This document shows, piece after piece, positions 8,959-12,042 of a stretch of DNA of 12,042 bases (the first letter of the stretch is position 1; every line of letters starts with the position of its first letter). The notes under the pieces were generated by a model. It did no database searches. It was not told where the DNA came from and saw only the letters and a list, made by a program, of their open reading frames with translations. Origin of the DNA: Paraspadella gotoi (Eukaryota; Animalia; Chaetognatha); assembly GCA_051294375.1 (NCBI GenBank), contig JBJCIZ010001014.1:1-12042 (forward strand). Direction: 5' to 3'. The position numbers and the translations under genes are program-made.

Positions 8959-9330
8959 ATGGATACTCCAAACGCCTTCGTTGACGAATGGAACAAAATT
9001 GAAAAATCTTGGGATGATCTCGAGAAAGAAGAACAAAGCGAAAAAAGGAGAAGGAAAATATTCGAACTGATATTACAGGAAAAAGAATTAAAGCAAAAGG
9101 AAAAAGAAGCTGAGCAATTGACAGAAGAAAAAGCCGATCCGAACAAAGCAGTTCTCCAATTAAAGCAAGAACTTGCCGATCTGAACCTGAGAAAAAACTT
9201 GATCGCTACAAAAAAATTATCAAACCCGGAAAAAATCACAACGTTCACAATGATGGAGAAGAGAACTGAGAAGAGACTCGAGATAATCTCTGGAAAATTG
9301 TCGACGTTAGAACCGAAAGAAACTGAATGA
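8959..9330 (+). CDS. Accessory ORF B, 123 aa, coiled-coil-like, paralogue of ORF C
   Basis: ATG lies 5 nt after TTTTCAG (8947-8953). Aligns by eye with ORF C. Confidence 0.75.
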   Translation: MDTPNAFVDEWNKIEKSWDDLEKEEQSEKRRRKIFELILQEKELKQKEKEAEQLTEEKADPNKAVLQLKQELADLNLRKNLIATKKLSNPEKITTFTMMEKRTEKRLEIISGKLSTLEPKETE

Positions 9331-9421
9331 AAAAAAAGAAAACTATTTGTGATAGTTAATAAAAGAACTGATAATTCATTATTGAATTTGTTTAAAGTTT
9401 AAGTTATAGTTTCAGTTCCTA

Positions 9422-9838
9422 ATGGATCTGGCAACCGGTTTCAAAAACAAACGAAGCAAATTAAATGAACAATGGAAAAAAGGAGAAAAACTTTGGGCAA
9501 ATGGAGACTACCAAGAATCAATTAATGTGGTAGAAAAACTCATACTTCCAGAGGTTGAACTTCAAGAAGAGGAAAAAAGGCAAAAAGAAACCGACCAAGA
9601 AAACAAAGAACCTGAAGCCGCATTAGAAAGGTGCAAAAAAATGAAAGAAAACTTAAAAAAGAGAAAAGAAGAGGGAACCTACCTATACGAGTTAGAAAAA
9701 AACTTTGCAGTGTCAAAAATTTATACCGAAATCTTGACAAGAACGGAAACGGAAGAAAAAGAGATCGACAAAAAGATCACAAATCTCGAGAGAAAAATTA
9801 GAATGACGTCATTACGAAAAAGAGTCTCAAAAAATTAA
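9422..9838 (+). CDS. Accessory ORF C, 138 aa, coiled-coil-like, paralogue of ORF B
   Basis: ATG lies 6 nt after TTTCAG (9410-9415). Aligns by eye with ORF B. Confidence 0.78.
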   Translation: MDLATGFKNKRSKLNEQWKKGEKLWANGDYQESINVVEKLILPEVELQEEEKRQKETDQENKEPEAALERCKKMKENLKKRKEEGTYLYELEKNFAVSKIYTEILTRTETEEKEIDKKITNLERKIRMTSLRKRVSKN

Positions 9839-9909
9839 CATTAAAAAATGAAATGATTATATCGAATAAATTTTTTCTCAGAAAGGTAGCTGAATTCCGG
9901 AAAGAAAGA

Positions 9910-10185
9910 ATGAACTGGTGCTTGAGCACAGATTGCAGACCCCAATCGGTGGAAGATGCAATGAGAAAATTAATTTCTTACGAAAATTATTATCTGGAAA
10001 AACGAGAGAACGAAAAAGACGGAATAAAAATACAAAAACTGGAAGCTGAATTCAAAGAGCAAAAGAATTACTTTGAGAGATGGATCGAAGTTCGCTACCA
10101 GCAAAATAATGTGTTCTCAAACTTTCAGAAAGAAATGAGAGCTCATATTAAAGGAAGAAAACACCAAAACAGAACAGACAATTAA
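9910..10185 (+). CDS. Accessory ORF D, ~91 aa (start uncertain), paralogue of ORF E
   Basis: An acceptor-like TTTTTTCTCAG at 9871-9881 lies within track ORF 9853..10185, and the next ATG is at 9910. Aligns with ORF E. Confidence 0.65.
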   Translation: MNWCLSTDCRPQSVEDAMRKLISYENYYLEKRENEKDGIKIQKLEAEFKEQKNYFERWIEVRYQQNNVFSNFQKEMRAHIKGRKHQNRTDN

Positions 10186-10233
10186 TCGAAATTTACATAT
10201 AATGTTTTGTTTATTTAAGATATTTCAGTAACC

Positions 10234-10500
10234 ATGTCATTCGAACTTACTAAAAATTTTCGCGAACGAGAAAAAGCCAAAGCCGCAGCAGAAACGCCAA
10301 GCAACCTTGAGGACACGCTGGAGAAGCTGGAGATGAATGAGAAGGAATTCGAGTCATTGTATTTCGATTATATAGCGCTAGGCTGTCCGATGGTAAAGGT
10401 GTCAGAAACATATATCTGGAGAATCGCTTACCTGAAAAGATGGGCCGACTTAATGGAAGCTGAGGGAAAAGTCTTCGCCGAAGATATTCAACCACACTAA
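10234..10500 (+). CDS. Accessory ORF E, 88 aa, paralogue of ORF D
   Basis: ATG (ACCATG) lies 5 nt after ATTTCAG (10222-10228). Aligns with ORF D. Confidence 0.72.
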   Translation: MSFELTKNFREREKAKAAAETPSNLEDTLEKLEMNEKEFESLYFDYIALGCPMVKVSETYIWRIAYLKRWADLMEAEGKVFAEDIQPH

Positions 10501-10599
10501 AAAACTGATCGAGATGTGTCGACGATCCAAAATTACTTATACATTCGTTATTCTTTGCATTCTTGCTTTCTTCGTTTACATTTAGTATATTCAGTCAGA

Positions 10600-10845
10600 A
10601 TGGACATTTCACAGCTAGCGGAAAAGCAGAGAGATCACTTGGCAAGTCGTAAAAGCGTCTCCTGGTTCGGCATCCTTCCCTTCGGATCTTGCTTAGCGCA
10701 AGATCTGTCGACCATCACAACGTCTGTTCGCACGCCGACCGCCGGCTACCCGCTTCCGCCGGCTGCCTTTTATTCCAGGCTCTCTCGAACATATGGCGTC
10801 GCACCCACTGACTACTGTTTCCCGTTGTGCTGCGAACAAAACTAA
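10600..10845 (+). CDS. Possible accessory ORF F, 81 aa (may be the start of a longer frameshifted ORF)
   Basis: ATG lies 5 nt after ATTCAG (10589-10594), which follows a T-rich spacer. Composition changes to higher GC at this point. Confidence 0.4.
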   Translation: MDISQLAEKQRDHLASRKSVSWFGILPFGSCLAQDLSTITTSVRTPTAGYPLPPAAFYSRLSRTYGVAPTDYCFPLCCEQN

Positions 10846-11113
10846 GTCTCGAAACCATCGGTTCGTGCCGCAAGCACTTAGAGCCCAACAAATTTTATGG
10901 GCCACTCAGAGAAGACTCGATATTGAAGAGTCCACTCCGGGTGACTGGACAGCGGACAATGTCGGATTAATTTCTTGTTGGAGCGCGGTCAGAAGCGAGG
11001 GAGGCGCAATGTCTCCCCACGAGAACGGAACACTCTGCTATCCGCGAGCGCCGTGCTGCAGGCGCACGTTGCAAAATCTCTCTCTACAAACGGAGATCTA
11101 TGAAGTCGGCTAA
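10793..11113 (+). CDS. Possible ORF G, 106 aa, or a frameshifted continuation of ORF F
   Basis: Overlaps ORF F in another frame. TTTTATTCCAG (10768-10778) lies 14 nt before its ATG. No recognisable domain. Confidence 0.25.
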   Translation: MASHPLTTVSRCAANKTKSRNHRFVPQALRAQQILWATQRRLDIEESTPGDWTADNVGLISCWSAVRSEGGAMSPHENGTLCYPRAPCCRRTLQNLSLQTEIYEVG

Positions 11114-12042
11114 CGAGATGTCTCCGTGAGCGCACTTCTCAGAAGCGCTTACAATCGTCAGGCGGCTTATCAGGCATCGCAATCATGCTGAGCAAATGGA
11201 AAATCTCATCCGATATAACAATGTGCCTAGCTCCTGCCAGTCGGCGCGATATGGCAGCTCCCACAAGTGAACGCTCTTCACATTGATCCAGCAGTGCGTA
11301 GTATCTGCGAGTACGATTCCCATTACTATGTGGACCGATTAAGATTGAATTGATGTATACAGCTATTTTTCAGAAACAATGTTATTGTTAATCGAACTAA
11401 ATTCCTGTAAATGAATACTAAAGCAGAACATTAAATAATTTTTGAATTCGCTGAATGTTTGAACAATTAGGTGATATACTCGTAGGCATACAATAGACAG
11501 TGATAGCATATCATTGTGAAATCGGATTTTAACCCAATGTAAGTCTTTACTCTGCGCAGCATGAACCTTCCCTCACTTGCTGCCTGCCAGCATCTTCGTT
11601 CTCTGGATCGCGGTTGCTCGTTTATTCAGGAGAAGCTCTTTCTCCCGCCGGGCTGGAACCACCTTATGTAATTAGTATATTAAGTTTTAAAGTTTAGGCT
11701 ATTACAATTTTTATTTAACGTTAGAGTTAACGCTTCGAGTTACAAGTCAGACTTAAATTACTCTGATTAATTTCCGTATCGCACGTAATTTTCAGTACGT
11801 CTGTTTGTGTTTTTTAATTTTTTTATCGCCTCGTAGCATTTCTTCACAAGAATTTTCATATTTTAAGGGACGGGATTTCTGTTTTAATCTACTGATCGAT
11901 TTTTGACGTTTCGTAACTTGTCGTTGCATGGATGGACTATTTGGGACGATCTTCGATCCTACTCGAATTCCGTAACGGGCACTTCTTTTACCGGCAAATA
12001 GTGCCGGAATGCGGACGCCGAACTATCACACGCGCGCTGAAG

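Larger units (their letters stand above)
248..10845 (+). mobile_element. BEL/Pao LTR retrotransposon with a 3' accessory ORF array (3' end not defined in the window)
   Basis: Domain order is Gag (three Cys/His knuckles)-PR (LLDSGA)-RT (YVDD)-RNaseH-IN. BEL/Pao-type motifs include LNDHLIGGP, ADIKGFFHQV, VFDPLGLVAPF, PRLEL, ENPADLTSRG and PHWGGAWERLI. The classification is secure; the boundaries are approximate. Confidence 0.95.

Noticed and set aside
1183-9740. Numerous minus-strand ORFs rich in S/F/L
   Set aside because: They are antisense shadows of purine-rich E/K/R-coding plus-strand frames and show no independent motifs.
8272-10500. env gene in the post-integrase position
   Set aside because: The ORFs are short, highly charged and Cys-poor, with no signal peptide or transmembrane anchor.
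8272-10845. ORFs A-F as exons of one intron-containing host gene
   Set aside because: Each ORF ends in its own stop codon and the next generally has an ATG straight after the acceptor. No convincing in-ORF donors are seen near their 3' ends.
10793-10890. SHPL...RFVPQALR resembling the C-terminal tail of LINE ORF2 proteins
   Set aside because: Only a few residues match and there are no RT motifs upstream. It needs a profile search to be credible.
11340-12042. 3' LTR / PPT (AAGGGACGGGA near 11865) and hairpin CCGGCA-aatag-TGCCGG at 11991-12007
   Set aside because: No extended match to 248-916 is visible by eye. The shared CGCTGAAG at the window end and the 6-bp stem are short enough to be chance.

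Overview
The window is eukaryotic, most likely an invertebrate. It is almost entirely one BEL/Pao (Belpaoviridae-type) LTR retrotransposon on the + strand. The parts are a probable LTR (~248-916), a GC-rich leader ending in a GTAAGTT splice donor 16 nt before the likely gag ATG (1014), and a gag-PR-RT-RNaseH-IN polyprotein (~1014-8094). In this sequence the polyprotein is broken by a 10-N gap and three apparent 1-nt deletions. The unusual part follows integrase: where some relatives have env or go straight to the 3' LTR, there is a dense same-strand array of 5-7 small non-env ORFs. Most of them begin a few nt after a (T)TTCAG splice-acceptor motif, and they include two divergent paralogue pairs and one protein with an NLS and a PP1-docking-like KKVTF motif. 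This suggests a complex-retrovirus-like (or SL trans-spliced operon-like) accessory gene cassette. No 3' LTR is visible, so linkage of the cassette to the element is inferred rather than proven.
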